Assembly: GCF_037042905.1 (NCBI RefSeq)
Contig: NC_087263.1
Span: forward strand, 6,696,001 to 6,760,000
Direction: 5' to 3'
From: Lytechinus pictus
Taxonomy: Eukaryota
DNA length: 64,000 nucleotides
Shown: positions 51,101-63,207 of the stretch, in pieces
How the letters are laid out: each line of letters starts with the position of its first letter
Numbering within the stretch: the stretch's first letter is position 1
Notes under the pieces: model-generated
The model's database searches: none
What the model was told of the DNA's origin: nothing
The model's input: only the letters and a program-made list of their open reading frames with translations
Position numbers and translations under genes: made by a program

Positions 51101-51501
51101 AGGTGGTGCAGATTATCCTTGATTGGCGCCGGTTAAGACTCTGGCAGTGCCGATTTTTCTCGACTGGCGTATAACCAAATGGCGCTGATTATTCTTGTCC
51201 AGCGCCGATTTAGATTAAGGTGGCGCTGATTATTCTTGATTGGCGTCAGTTATATCACGCAGCGCACTGCTGATTATTTTTAACCGGCGAAGTTGTTGGG
51301 AAAAGGGTAGTTAAAAGAAAAGATAAGGAAGATGATATGATTGTGCTTTGCTGGGGGATAGTCTTTCCTTACTGTTGCTAATATTATATCAGTGTATAAT
51401 TTTTTAAGCGGCGCCTTTTCTTTTCTTTCCTTTATTTTTATTTTTCAAGCAGCGCCTTTTCTTTCTTTTACTTTTTTTTTTGAGCGGCACCTCCGCCACT
51501 G
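48195..51501. mobile_element. Composite 3.3-kb element with CA-termini and 5-bp TSD
   Basis: GAATG|CATAGGCGGA...TCCGCCACTG|GAATG; carries further MITE ends, GCGAAGC repeats and a minisatellite. Confidence 0.65.
49885..51290. repeat. GGCGCCGATT-core minisatellite with higher-order periodicity
   Basis: Subunits of about 20 nt. GTTAAGAACTCAGG recurs at 50217, 50561 and 50905 (344-bp period). Confidence 0.85.
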
Positions 51502-51751
51502 GAATGGATGGCGTCACTCACATTTCCTTTGTGTTTTATTATATGAAATATGAAATGTTTTAATTTTCTCATTGTTCTGTGAATCAAAGTTTTATTCCTC
51601 CCTAAACATATGGAATTGCCATTGTTTTAACATTTTATGGTTCAATCAAGTTAGTCCTGTTACAATATCTGCATGTTTATGAGAATTGAGGAGCATATGT
51701 AATGATCCTGCCAAAAGAGGGCGCTACAAACCTTTAGTACCACAGAGATAC

Positions 51752-51785
51752 GATCTTACCATAGAGATGTCTCTATGGATCTTAC
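51752..51785. other. 18-bp palindrome with 8-bp direct flanks (P-element-like excision footprint)
   Basis: GATCTTAC-CATAGAGA TG TCTCTATG-GATCTTAC; absent from the 3' LTR. Confidence 0.6.
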
Positions 51786-51836
51786 TTATTAAATACCACT
51801 CTCTCGACTATACAGAAGCTGTGAAATTATGTTTAT

Positions 51837-52735
51837 ACTTTACTTACTTTACTTTAAGTCCACGATGCTGTAGGCTTGAGTTGAGTGCCTGTTCATCGAT
51901 CGTAGTATCTCCTCTGGTGGTAGTACAGTATCCATGTTATTAAAACAAAATATATATACCGGTACTTAACACGAGAAAGGACTATCAGAAGTTTGTACAT
52001 GTGTGCTAAAAACCTTGGGAAAACAAAGACAATACTGCCTACACTGGCTTATAGAGCAAATCATAATTCTTTGACCAGTGCCTATCTAGACAAATTTTGA
52101 AGGAGTTGACTGAAGAGGCCGAAAAAACACTGTCAGGAAGACTATTCCACATATCTACAACTCTGTTACTGAAAAAGTACTTTCTAATATCAAGCCTAGA
52201 AAATTTCTTTTCCAACTTCAACCTATGACCTCTAGACCTCCTTTGCGACTTAGTGAAAAGGTTGTGTTGTCTGTAATATATTCCAGTCATGTACTTGTAG
52301 ACATCAATCATGTCACCTCTCCTTCGCCTATGAGCAAGACTCGGTAATTTTAGTTTCATGAGACGTTCCATATAAGACAGATTTCTAAAACCTGGAATCA
52401 TTTTTGTGGCTCGCCTCTGTACACTTTCTAACTTTCTTTGTTCACTCAATTTATGTGGTGACCATGCGGCTTGTCCATACTCTAATAGGGGTCTGATAAG
52501 ACCTTTAAACAAATATGACATTGTAACTGCATCCAGACAAACAAAAGATCTTCTAATGATTCCTAAGACTCTGTTTCCCTTTAATGCTGCTTGTGACACT
52601 TGGTCTTTAAAAGACAGCTTTGAATCAATTAATATCCCTAGGTCTTTTTCTGCTTGTACCTCCTTAAGAGTAATTAGATTAGACTCTCCTTTCATGTAAT
52701 ACTGGGTCTGCTCTTCCGTACTGTTTTTTCCTAGC
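51837..52735 (-). mobile_element. 5'-truncated CR1-clade LINE inserted in the gypsy 5' LTR
   Basis: EKDLGILID...RPLLEY...ESVQRRATK...RRRRGD...FFSNRVV.MWN.LP; 3'UTR ends in (AAGTA)n. TTTAT is duplicated at 51832-51836 and 52736-52740, and the LTR resumes at 52741. Confidence 0.88.
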
Positions 52736-52990
52736 TTTATGTCTGACTCATAATATAATTTGAAACATGATGGCAGCGGTAAAAAGTTACATATTTCCGT
52801 AGAACAGTTATTATTCTTCCTGAAGTATATCATGCATCTGCAGACTGTAATTTGACCTGGATTTCGCTAGCTTTCTGAGAGTCATTCCTGCATGTGTCCC
52901 ACATATGTAAGTCTGTGTACTGTTGTCTACATTCAGTATCGCTATTGGTGTGAGTTACCATTCTGACATACTGTTACTACTGTTGATTGC

Positions 52991-55900
52991 ATGATGACTG
53001 ATAGTCATAGTGATGGGTCTCCTTCCGAGCTTCAGCATGGAGCTACTTTTGCTAAGCCTTCCATTCAACACCCTGGGCATTTTAATGCGCCTGCTGGAAA
53101 TAATGTTGCAGAGGAGTGGAAAATGCGGAGCCAGCAATGGAAAAATTACTCCATTCTCACAAATCTCTCTCAACAACCTGATCGTTATCAGACTGCCCTT
53201 CTCCTTCACAGTGTTGGACCGGAATGTCTTCGCGTCTACAATGGCATGAAATTTGCTACTGAGGCTAATAGCATCAAATGTTCTGTGATTATGGACAAGT
53301 TTAACACACATTTCCTTGCGGAGAGCAGGGAATTCTTTGAGAGATTTAAATTCAACCAGCGCAATCAAGAGAGTGGTGAATTCATTGAGCAGTATGTCAC
53401 GGTTCTTCGTATGATGAGCAAAACGTGTGGATTCTGTGATTGTATGAAAGACAAGCTGCTTGCTGATCGTGTCCTACTCGGTGTGCGTGATGATCATATG
53501 AGAGAACTACTCATTTCGAGATCTGACCTTGACCTCACAACTGCTATAGACGTGTGTAAAGCTGTAGAGGCTACATCTGTCCAAATGAAAGCTCTGAGTC
53601 AAAAGAATGAAGACATAAGGTTGGACAGAAACAATTCCCACAGTCTGGAAGAAAAAAGAATAGCACGCAGAAATTAAAGGGGAAAGATCTACAGAAAGGT
53701 AAATCAGAGGTTTCGAAGTGTAAGTTCTGTAACAGAATTCATGAGATGAAAAAAAGAGTCCTGTCCAGCATGGGGACAAAAGTGCAAAGCTTGTAGTAAG
53801 CCTAATCACTTTAAAGGATCTTCAGTGTGCAAGACCAGGAATGTTCACCATGTCGGAGATGATGACTACTCATCCTCAGCTGAAAGCATTAGTTTTGTGC
53901 AAATTAAATGCAGTGGATATGGACAAAGAGCCAATTATCTGTAATATGCTTATCAACAATCAGAGGGTACCGTTCCAGCTGGACTCAGGTGCAACAGTGA
54001 ATCTTCTACCGCAAAATTATCTAAACAAGGAGGATGTAGTTCAGAGTGCAAACATCCGTCTATCTATGTGGAATAAAGCTACAACTCGGGCTATTGGCAA
54101 GTGTAAGGTGATAACCAGAAATCCTGCTACTGCCAAGAAATACAAAGTTGAATATATCGTGGTAGAGGAAGATCTACCTCCACTGTTGAGCAAAACAGCA
54201 GGGGAAAAGATGCAGCTCATTACTGTTCATTATGATTCCCTTGAGCTAGTACGCAGCATAGTTCCTGAGGACATTGCTGAGATAATACCTGACAAGTATC
54301 CTGATGTGTTCTCGACTTCTTCAACTGGCACTCTGCCATCTGCCTTGAAATCCTGTTCATCTGACAGTTACGGATGATGCAATGCCTACTGTTTGCCCAG
54401 CTAGAATCACCCCTGAATCCTTGAAAGGCAAAGTAAAGGATGCACTTGATGATCTTCAGGCAAAAGACATCATCGAAGAAGTCAGCTCTCCAACTGATTG
54501 GGTAAATCAGATGGCTGTGGTGCAGACAAATTCTGGTAAAGTACGTGTTTGTCTAGACCCCAGACCTCTCAACATCATGCTCAAGAGGAAACACTACCCC
54601 TTACCTGTCTTAGATGATATTCTACCTCAGCTTTCAGATGCTACAGTCTTTTCGATCTGCAACTTGAAAGACGGATACCTTAACTGCAAGTTAGATGAAG
54701 AGTCTAGTTTACTGACGACTTTTCCCACACCCTGGGGAAGGTACAGATGGAAACGTCTTCCTTTTGGTTTGAAAGTCAGTAGTGAAATCTTCCAAAAGAG
54801 GCTTCACCAAGCGCTTGATGGTCTTCATGGAGTCCGCTGTGTGGCCGATGACATCATCATCTGGGGCAACAGTGACGCTGAGCATGATGCCCGACTACAT
54901 TGTCTACTGAAGAGATGTCAAGATGTTGGCATTGTGTTGAACAAGGAGAAATGTTAGTTCCGACTGAAGGAAATCTCATTCCTTGGCCACATAGTATCCA
55001 ACTCTGGACTCAAACCTGATCCATCAAAGATTGAAGCTATCCTGAACATGAGCAATCCTTCCTGTAAAGATGACATCCATCGCTTGCGTGGCATGGTAAA
55101 CTACCTATCCAGATACATACCTAAGTTATCAGATGTGACGAAACCTCTCAATGAATTGACACATATCAACTCAGGGTTGACTTGGGACTCCAACCACGAC
55201 AAAGCTTTCAAGCTGTTGAAAGAGATGCTAGGTATAGTATTTGCACTGGAGAAATGGAATCAATACTCCTATGGCCGTGAAATAACTGTGTTCACTGACC
55301 ACAAACCTCTTGAAAGCATCTGCAAGAAACACCTGGATAGAGCTCCAAAGCGTCTGCAAGGGTTACTGCTACGAGCTCTTGCATATGACATACAAGTGAT
55401 ATATCTCAAGGGCAAGGACAACGTCCTGGCTGATGCTCTTAGCCGTGCTTCTCTTCCCTATGAGAGTGGACAACATGATCTAGAAGTGGTGAATGCTGTT
55501 AACCACTTGGCACTCCCTGATGACAAGATAGCAGAGATAAAGAGACAGACTACCAGTGACTCAACACTCTGCCAACTCAAAGACACCATTCTTTAAGGGT
55601 GGCCAGACCACAAGTCACAACTTCCTCAGTCACTCACCCCATACTTTGGTTTCAGAGATGAACTTTCTGTCAGTGATGATCTAATCTTCAAGGGTGAACG
55701 GCTTGTAGTCCCAAAACATGTCAGGCACAAGATGGAAGAGGAGTTACATCGTGGTCACAATGGCGTCGAGTCAACGTTGAGGAGAGCTCGGGATCATCTC
55801 TACTGGCCGGGCATGAGTAAAGAAATCAAGGAATTTATTCAAACATGTGCCACATGCCAAGAAAACTCTATCTCACAGCCTGCCCAGCCTCTGATGTCTC

Positions 55901-56887
55901 ACCAGATTATTGACAGACCATGGGCCAAGATTGGAATTGATCTTTTCCATCATGGTTTGTTATTACTCCAACTTCTTTGAGATGGAAAAGCTACAGAGGA
56001 CAACTGCCCCTGCAGTCATCAAGAGACTCAAACATCATTTTGGGAGATATGGAGTGCCTGACATCATTGTATCTGACAATGGTCCTCTTTTCTCTTCAAG
56101 AGACTTTGCTGAACTTGCCAAGGAGCTTGGAGTTGAGCACAATACCATCTCTCCATACAACAGCAAAGCTAATGGCAAAGCAGAGTCTGCTGTCAAGACT
56201 GCAAAAAGACTACTTACAAGATGCAAGGATACTGGAGATGATGTTGATCTAGCCTTACTCAACATTCGCTACACCCCTACACAAGATATCCAGAGAAGTC
56301 CAGCCCAGAGATTCATGGGTGGTCGGACTCGTACTCTCCTCCCCACTTCGACTCGGTTGCTAGCACCTGATCGCAACCCACAGACTGATCTTGAGAGACC
56401 GAAAGAAAGCCAGAAATGTCAAGCAAAGTATTTTAACAGAGATACAAGAAAGTTGAAAGATCTCTTTCCAGGAGCAGTCGCACGAGTCAAGCCATTCGAC
56501 AATGACAAGAAGTGGAAGAAAGCAGTTATCCTTAAAAAACTGGATGACCGTTCCTATGAAGTTCGCTGTGAGGGCCAGGTTCTCAGAAGGAACAGAGAAC
56601 ACCTCAGAGCCATATCTGAACCACAAGATGTAAATGACGCTGGTCCTGCTCTGTTCAACTGGAGACTTTCTTATGGTAATTCTCAACCTGATGTACCAAC
56701 TACTGAGCGCCATACTTCCCATACTAGGACCAAGATGTCCCAGACTGCGGATATTAACAGTCCGGAGAAGTCGCGTGATGCAAACTTGAATACCTCAGAA
56801 ACAGAACCAACCAACCCAGCTTCCCTGAGACGATCTAGACGTCAGCGATGCGAACCGCTTAAGATGAGGGATTTTGTTACATTTTGA
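52991..56887 (+). pseudogene. SURL/Mag gag-pol remnants
   Basis: ERFKFNQRNQESGE; out-of-frame CPAWGQKCKAC..NHF; FQLDSGA; LPFGL...CVADD; TDHKPL; H-H-C-C; SDNGP; AESAV. Many stops and frameshifts, plus an RNase H deletion. Confidence 0.85.
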
Positions 56888-58261
56888 ACATTTAAACCAA
56901 AGAAGGAAAGAGAGTGAATGTGAAATAAACAAACTAAACGCTAACATTTCTTAATCAAGTTTTTTGTTTTTTATTTTAACTCAAGCAAATTTTGAAGTCA
57001 GAACTGAACCAACAACCAACTCATTTATCAACTCATCTATCTGGACTTTTTATTTTGTGAAATACCTGGACAATTTAACCTGAACTTTTAAAACATTTTG
57101 TTTGCAACTTGAAGAACTGTTTTGAACTCAATTATTTTTCTGCAACTACAAAAATGTGAAAGTCTCATAAACTGGTATTTTGGTTTTATATTTTGGAAAT
57201 ATTTACATACATTTTATTGTTTGGTTTATCATTGATATTTTTTCAATTATCTACATTCTCTCTAGCACAAAGCTCAAAGAAGGGAGGATGTTACAATATT
57301 GGCATGTTTATGAGATTTTAGGAGCATGTAATGATCCTGCCAAAAGAGGGCGCTACAAACCTTTAGTACTAATTAAATGCTACTCGACTATTAATACAGA
57401 AGCTGTGTAATTCTGTTTGTTTCTCACTCATAATATAACTTGAAACGGGTCCTTTTTGTGAAATCTGTAAATAATGAAATTTTACTATAATTCAAACAAT
57501 AAAAAAAAAACATAAGAAATAGTGAGTGATGGACATCATCGACTTTCTCATTTGCATAACACTAAGTTGTGCATATAACTGTATTATGAAAAATAAGCGA
57601 AACTTTGAAATGTTTTTACATCCACTTTTAATGAAATTTTCAGTGTTATGCTTGTTTAATTTCTCTTATTGATTCAAATCAACATTTCTCTGGGGTGGAC
57701 TTGACCTTTAATGTCATGCACCATACAGTTACCTAGGATGCTATACAAGTATTTTGATGGTGTACTCTATGCATGTTGTCTGAAGAAAAAAAATATATAA
57801 ATAGTGTTTGCTACTTTTTAATAGGTTGACACAAAATCCGTATACTGTACGAAAGTGGACAAATTTGTATCACTGAAAATATAAGTGTAGCAAAATGATT
57901 TATAATCCAATAAGTGAAAACCCTAGTTCGCCAGATATTCCAAATTCCAAATGCAAATGTAAACAAAATGAAAAAAAGAAAAGGTAATGGCATTTCCGGA
58001 GAAGAAATTGAATTTCAAGAACAAAGATTACTTAACTTCAGAACATGTAAGGAAGCAAAGATAAATGCAAATAGCTATTCTGGTCCTTATAGTCACACTT
58101 TTCTCAGAATGAGACGAGGAACCAGCCGTTTTAGAGTGAGATTTACATCTTTTGAGAGTGGATTTACCTCTTTTTGGAGTGAAAATGTATAAAAAATATA
58201 CACTGTTCACTTTAGGTGGAGCTATAATGATTTATTATTTTTTTAAATTAAAATTCCACAG

Positions 58262-58392
58262 AAAGTGTCGCTAACCATCCGATGAGGTTCCGAGATGAAA
58301 ATGGAGTGGTAAACAGGAATTATGGAGTCATTGAAATATACCATGATGGAGTATGGGGTCCAATTTGCGACGCTAGCTTTTACCAATATGAG
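58262..58392 (+). CDS. SRCR domain 6, first half
   Basis: TTCCACAG| ...MRFRDENG...YGVIEIYHDGVWGPICDASFYQYE|GTGAG; phase 1 to 0. Confidence 0.85.
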
Positions 58393-58430
58393 GTGAGTAA
58401 CAAGCTTTGGCGATGCAAGTTTGACTCATA

Positions 58431-58740
58431 GGCCCGTATTCTGAAATCGGGTTTAACTTTAACTCAGGTTTAAAGTTGTGATTTAAGTATGGATGGCCAA
58501 ATGTTACGTAAATCACTAACGGTAGAGATATCATATTTCAGCTCATTTGGCTCTCCCACCATTCATAATTGTCAAGGAAGTATACATAGATGCTTGTCTT
58601 CACCATCGATGAATCAGGAAAGAGCACAGTAAACATAAGAAACATACAACTTATTAAAAGTTCGACACTTTTGACTTCCCATAATTTTAGCACAGAGTTA
58701 GACCATGGTCTAAGTTAAACCTGACTTCAGAATACGGGCC
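58431..58740. mobile_element. Harbinger-like MITE
   Basis: ATA|GGCCCGTATTCTGAA...TTCAGAATACGGGCC|ATA. Confidence 0.75.
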
Positions 58741-58821
58741 ATAGTTTTCTTGTTTGATTTTAATAGTATAGCACTATGCATGAACACATTGTTGGAAGAA
58801 GTTTCGAACTGATCAACGCTT

Positions 58822-60573
58822 TGTGTGGTTTCTCATTGACTGTGTTATTAAAGGGGGAGTGAACTGTGTGTGGTCTCACATTGGCTGTGTTATCAAAGGG
58901 AGCATTGGCTGTGTTATTAAAGGGAGAGTGAACTGTTTGTGGTCTCTCATAGACTGTGTTATTAAAGGGGGAGTGAACTGTGTGTGGTCTCACATTGGCT
59001 GTGTTATTAAAGGGAGAGTGAACTGTGTGTGATTTCTAACTGGAACCAGTTGGGTAACTGGAAATCCTAACTGGAACCAGTTGGGTAACTGGAACCATTG
59101 GGTAACTGGAGATGACTTCTAACTGGAAAGGTGATTAACTGGAAATTCATTCTAATTGGAACATGTTGGGTAACTGGAAATCCTAACTGGAACCAGTTGG
59201 GTAACTGGAAATGACTTCCAACTGGAAATGATTTCTAACTGGAACCAGTTGGGTAACTGGAAATCCTAACTGGAACCATTGGGTAACTGGAGATGACTTC
59301 TAACTGGAAAGGTGATTAACTGGAAATTAATTCTAATTGGAACCTGTTGGGTAACTGGAAATCCTAACTGGAACCAGTTGGGTAACTGGAAATCCCAACT
59401 GGAACCAGTTGGGTAACTGGAAATGACTTCCAACTGGAAATGATTTCTAACTGGAACCAGTTGGGTAACTGGAAATCCTAACTGGAACCAATTGGGTAAC
59501 TGGAGATGACTTCTAACTGGAAAGGTGATTAACTGGAAATTAATTCTAATTGGAACCTGTTGGGTAACTGGAAATTCTAACTGGATCCAGTTGGATAACT
59601 GGAAATGACTTCCAATTGGAAATTTTCCGGTTACCCAACTGGTTCCAATTGAAACCAGTTAATTTGCATATTATCTGCCATTGTGCACAGAGTATTGTTT
59701 TATGTGATTCATCATCATTTAAAATGTATCTATTTAATTCTTTTCTAATTCAAGTACCATACTTATTTCAGATAAGTGTTTAGAATGCTTAGCAGTGAAA
59801 ACCATGTTCATAAATGTTATAGATTATAACTAAAATAGATTATTAGATAATTAGTACACCACTAATTGTTACCAAATTACATCAAATACAAATACATATA
59901 TTTGAAGATCTTTCATATAAATATGTATACATTAAAAAAGTCTATTTTATCAATGCCCTTTACATTGGTATTAATAAACATATAGCACTGCTTCTTTGTT
60001 GGCATGAGCAATATAGTTAGTGCAAATTCTAATCAATTTGTAACTAATTAAGTCATTCCAACTGGAATTTCCAATTGGATCCAGTTGGAAACCAATTAGT
60101 TTCAACTGGTTCCAGTTGAAACCAGTTGCCTCCAATTGGTTTCAACTGGAACCAATTGAAACCAGTTGCCTCCAATTGGATTCAACTGGTTTTAATAGGG
60201 AAATTGGAACAACTGGAACCAATTGAAACCAGTTGCCAACTGGTTGCTTAATTGGTTTCAACTGGAACCAATTGCCAACTGGTTCCAGTTGCCCAATTGG
60301 TTTTAACTGGAACCAGTTGGCAACTGGTTTCAATTGGTTCCAGTTGTTCCAATTTCCCTATTGAAACCAGTTGGCCAACAGGTTTCAATTGGTTTTGCTC
60401 TAATTGGTTTCAACTGGATTTTGGTCCTGGGTGGCTGTGTTATTAAAGGGGGAGTGAACTGTGTGTGGTCTCTCATTGACTGTTATCCGGGGAAATGTCC
60501 TGTGTATGGTCTCTCATTGACTGTGTTATTAAAGGGGGAGTGAACTGTGTGCGGTCTCTCATTGACTGTGTTT
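58822..60573. repeat. 45-bp tandem repeat interrupted by an AACTGG-rich transposon
   Basis: CTGTGTTATTAAAGGGGGAGTGAACTGTGTGTGGTCTC(A/T)CATTG units at 58822-59030 and 60434-60573. Confidence 0.8.
59032..60433. mobile_element. EnSpm/CMC-like non-autonomous element with AACTGG/CCAGTT subterminal arrays
   Basis: Dense repeat arms on both sides of an AT-rich core; right end CTGGGTG (CACCCAG); left terminus missing. Confidence 0.5.
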
Positions 60574-60883
60574 TAAATACATAGTCTTAAAATATACATT
60601 TTCAGATATCTACTAATACTACAGAGAATAAATTGACCTATAATTGTATTTGTATAGAGAAACTGAAATGTTTTAAGAGGAAAAGTCATTATTTTGCAAC
60701 TTGGTAACATAATTATTGCAGTATAAATGTATTGAGTGGTTCATTAACATGTTATCGTTCAAGTGGGTCTATATTACTATAGACTACACTAGCATTATGG
60801 GTCAGGAAACTGGCCAGGTATGAGTAGTTGAGGACTCGAGATGGCGCTATTGGTTTCGTATTTGCTTTAATAGTTAGTCTTAA

Positions 60884-61487
60884 AAGTCAACCCCAACAAA
60901 AAATTGATTCGAATAAAAAGAGAAAAATCAACCAAGCATAACACTGAAAATTTCACCAAAAATCATATTCAAAATAAAAAAGTTATGATATTTTAAAGTT
61001 TCGCTTAATTTCACAAAACAGTTATATTCACATCCTTGTCGGTATGCAAATGAAGAGACTGATGACATCACTCACTCACTATTTATTTTGTATTTTATTA
61101 TGTGAAATATGAAATATTCCAATTTTTTCCCTATTGTCGTGCGAAACAACGATTTATTCCTCCCTGAACATGTGCAATTAGCATTGTTTAATACTATATG
61201 GTTCAATAAAGTTGGTCCTTATTGTCAAATCTGTAAAAATTGAAATATTGTATAATTCAAACAATAAAAAAACAAAAGAAATAGTGAGTGAGGGACATCA
61301 TCGACTGTCTAATTTGCATGTCACTGAGTTGTGCATATCACTGTTTTGTTAGAAATAAGCGAAAATTTAAAATATCATAAATTTCTTATTTTACATCCAA
61401 TTTTGATGAAATTTTCAGCATAATTAATGCTTCCTTGATTTTTCTCTATTTATTCAAATCAACATTATTCTGGGGTGGACTTGACCT
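60884..61487. mobile_element. Kolobok-like MITE, near-intact copy
   Basis: TTAA|AAGTCAACCCCAAC...GGGGTGGACTTGACCT|TTAA; long internal inverted arms. Confidence 0.7.
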
Positions 61488-61929
61488 TTAATACAGAGTA
61501 GTTAGTAGCTAGCATATAATTCCATTTGAGAAGAGGAAATGAAATGCCTGAGAAGAAAAGTACTTGCAATTAAAAAATTTACGATTCGTATAAGCATATA
61601 TTACTAGACTACATTGCTCAGAATGTTGTGCATCATATATGTCACACATGTTAACATTTCCCCCATGAACATGTATGTTTATGGGGATAAAAGTGCGATA
61701 TTAAAATATCATACTTTTAAAAGAAATCATCCAAAGAAAGGATGAAATTAGGGAACATGGGCTATTGAATACTTCCAGTGGATAGAAAATACATCTGGTA
61801 TTTCATATTTGACAAGAGCGATGTATGTCAAAGTGCTCATTAAAAAAAATAGATCAACATGTATGAAAAAATCTCATGGTAAGATCTCATTCAACCTTCA
61901 ACAATAAAATAACCCGAATTCTTCCGCTA

Positions 61930-62175
61930 CACTCTAAACAATATTAGGTAAAAGTGTTCCATGAGGGTTATTATGTGTCCAACCAACATTGGGCATTTTT
62001 ATTTATCCAGTATGACGAAATTTTTGGCCATTCTAGATCTAAAGTAATTGCGGCTTATTCTTTTAACCTTACTGGACAATATGCTTCCTGCATTGGGTAA
62101 AATACGACCCCAAATTTGTTTGACACATAATTACCCTTGTGCAGGTTAAAATTTTACCCGATATATTTTACTGTG
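61930..62175. mobile_element. CACT-terminus MITE
   Basis: TA|CACTCTAAACAATATT...ATATATTTTACTGTG|TA. Confidence 0.45.
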
Positions 62176-62490
62176 TAAGCAAATACTTCCAAACGCTAAG
62201 GGATATTTCCTTTCCGTTTCGGCAAAGGAAGTGACCTGATTGCTCTTCCTAGAGTCAGTGTTAGATAGCCATCCATATGCATACACTATTCTCTATTAGC
62301 TTTGGTTTGTCAAATGAATATCTTTTGCCATCCTGCTTTAAGACAGCTCATAAAACCTTAAACATTATGAACCTGGCCAGATTTAAAGGCAGGACTCCTG
62401 TGTCGTTTTTTTTGCTTTGATTCTCATCGAGTAACATGACATGTATCAACAAAATTTTAATGAGATTTTAAAAAACAAATTATAGAAGGT

Positions 62491-62770
62491 GGAGCGTTGT
62501 GGCCCAGTGGATTAGTCTTCGGACTTAGTAACAGGGTCGTGGGTTCGAATCCCAGCCATGGTGTAATTTCCTTCAGCAAGAAATGTATCCACATTGTGCT
62601 GCACTCAACCCAGGGGAGGTGAACGGGTACCCGGCAGGATAATTTCCTTGAATGCATGAACGCTGAAAGGCAGCTCGAGCTAAGGCCGGGGTAATAATAA
62701 TAACAATGCGCCTCGGAATAGAATATTTCTAGATAGATGGAGCTATATAAATGCATTTTTGTATTATTAA
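62491..62770 (+). mobile_element. tRNA-derived SINE (full length)
   Basis: A box TGGCCCAGTGG, B box GGTTCGAATCC, CORE-like middle, LINE-like tail GCTATATAAATGC...TATTATT. Confidence 0.8.
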
Positions 62771-62945
62771 GGTTGGCCTACAAGGCACTGGCGCATAAAT
62801 GGGGGAGGGGCCTGGGATTCTTCCCCCCACCCCCCCCCCTCCACCCACTAAAAAAATGTATCACCATGTATGCTCCATAGTTTCACCACCAAAAACGAAA
62901 AGACATAATTATCATCCTTATTTTTCTCCCTTTTTAATACCCTAG

Positions 62946-63207
62946 ATCCTTTGTCGTCAGCTCGGGCATAAAGATTTGTCAGAAGGAGGCACCCTAATGA
63001 ACTACGATGGGAAGTACACATCTGATAGTCCAATCTGGTTCCGTTTCTCATTCTGCCCGTCATACTCTTCGTCTTATGGTGTTGAACACGACAAGATCTA
63101 TGAATGCAGACATGGTCCGTGGGGTTATTCCGGCGATTGCAGCAGAGCCTATTTAGCTACCGCCAGATGCGTGTATGTGGACCAGACATTAGATTATGAC
63201 ACTTCAG
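62946..63207 (+). CDS. SRCR domain 6, second half (gene continues beyond the window)
   Basis: CCTAG|ILCRQLGH...PIW...C...IYECRHGPWG...DC...ATARC... G|GTGAG; phase 0 to 1. Confidence 0.85.

Larger units (their letters stand above)
51658..57447 (+). mobile_element. SURL/Mag-clade Ty3/gypsy LTR retrotransposon (decayed)
   Basis: 5' LTR 51658-52767 (interrupted) and 3' LTR 57289-57447 (159 bp); PBS TGATGGCAGCGG (Leu-type); PPT AAAGAAGGGAGGA; TSD AGTCC/GGTCC; order gag-PR-RT-RH-IN. Confidence 0.88.
48040..57707. mobile_element. Kolobok-like MITE expanded to 9.7 kb by nested insertions
   Basis: CTAA|AGGACAAGTCCACCCCA...TGGGGTGGACTTGACCT|TTAA. Pieces 48040-48194, 51502-51657 and 57448-57707 join into a sequence colinear with the intact copy at 60884-61487. 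Confidence 0.8.

Noticed and set aside
49885-51290. CRISPR-like array
   Set aside because: The spacers are themselves repeated, the context is eukaryotic, and there are no cas genes; it is a minisatellite.
52736-52833. N-terminal part of the 264-aa minus-strand ORF as LINE sequence
   Set aside because: It is the antisense of the gypsy LTR end and PBS; LINE homology stops at 52735.
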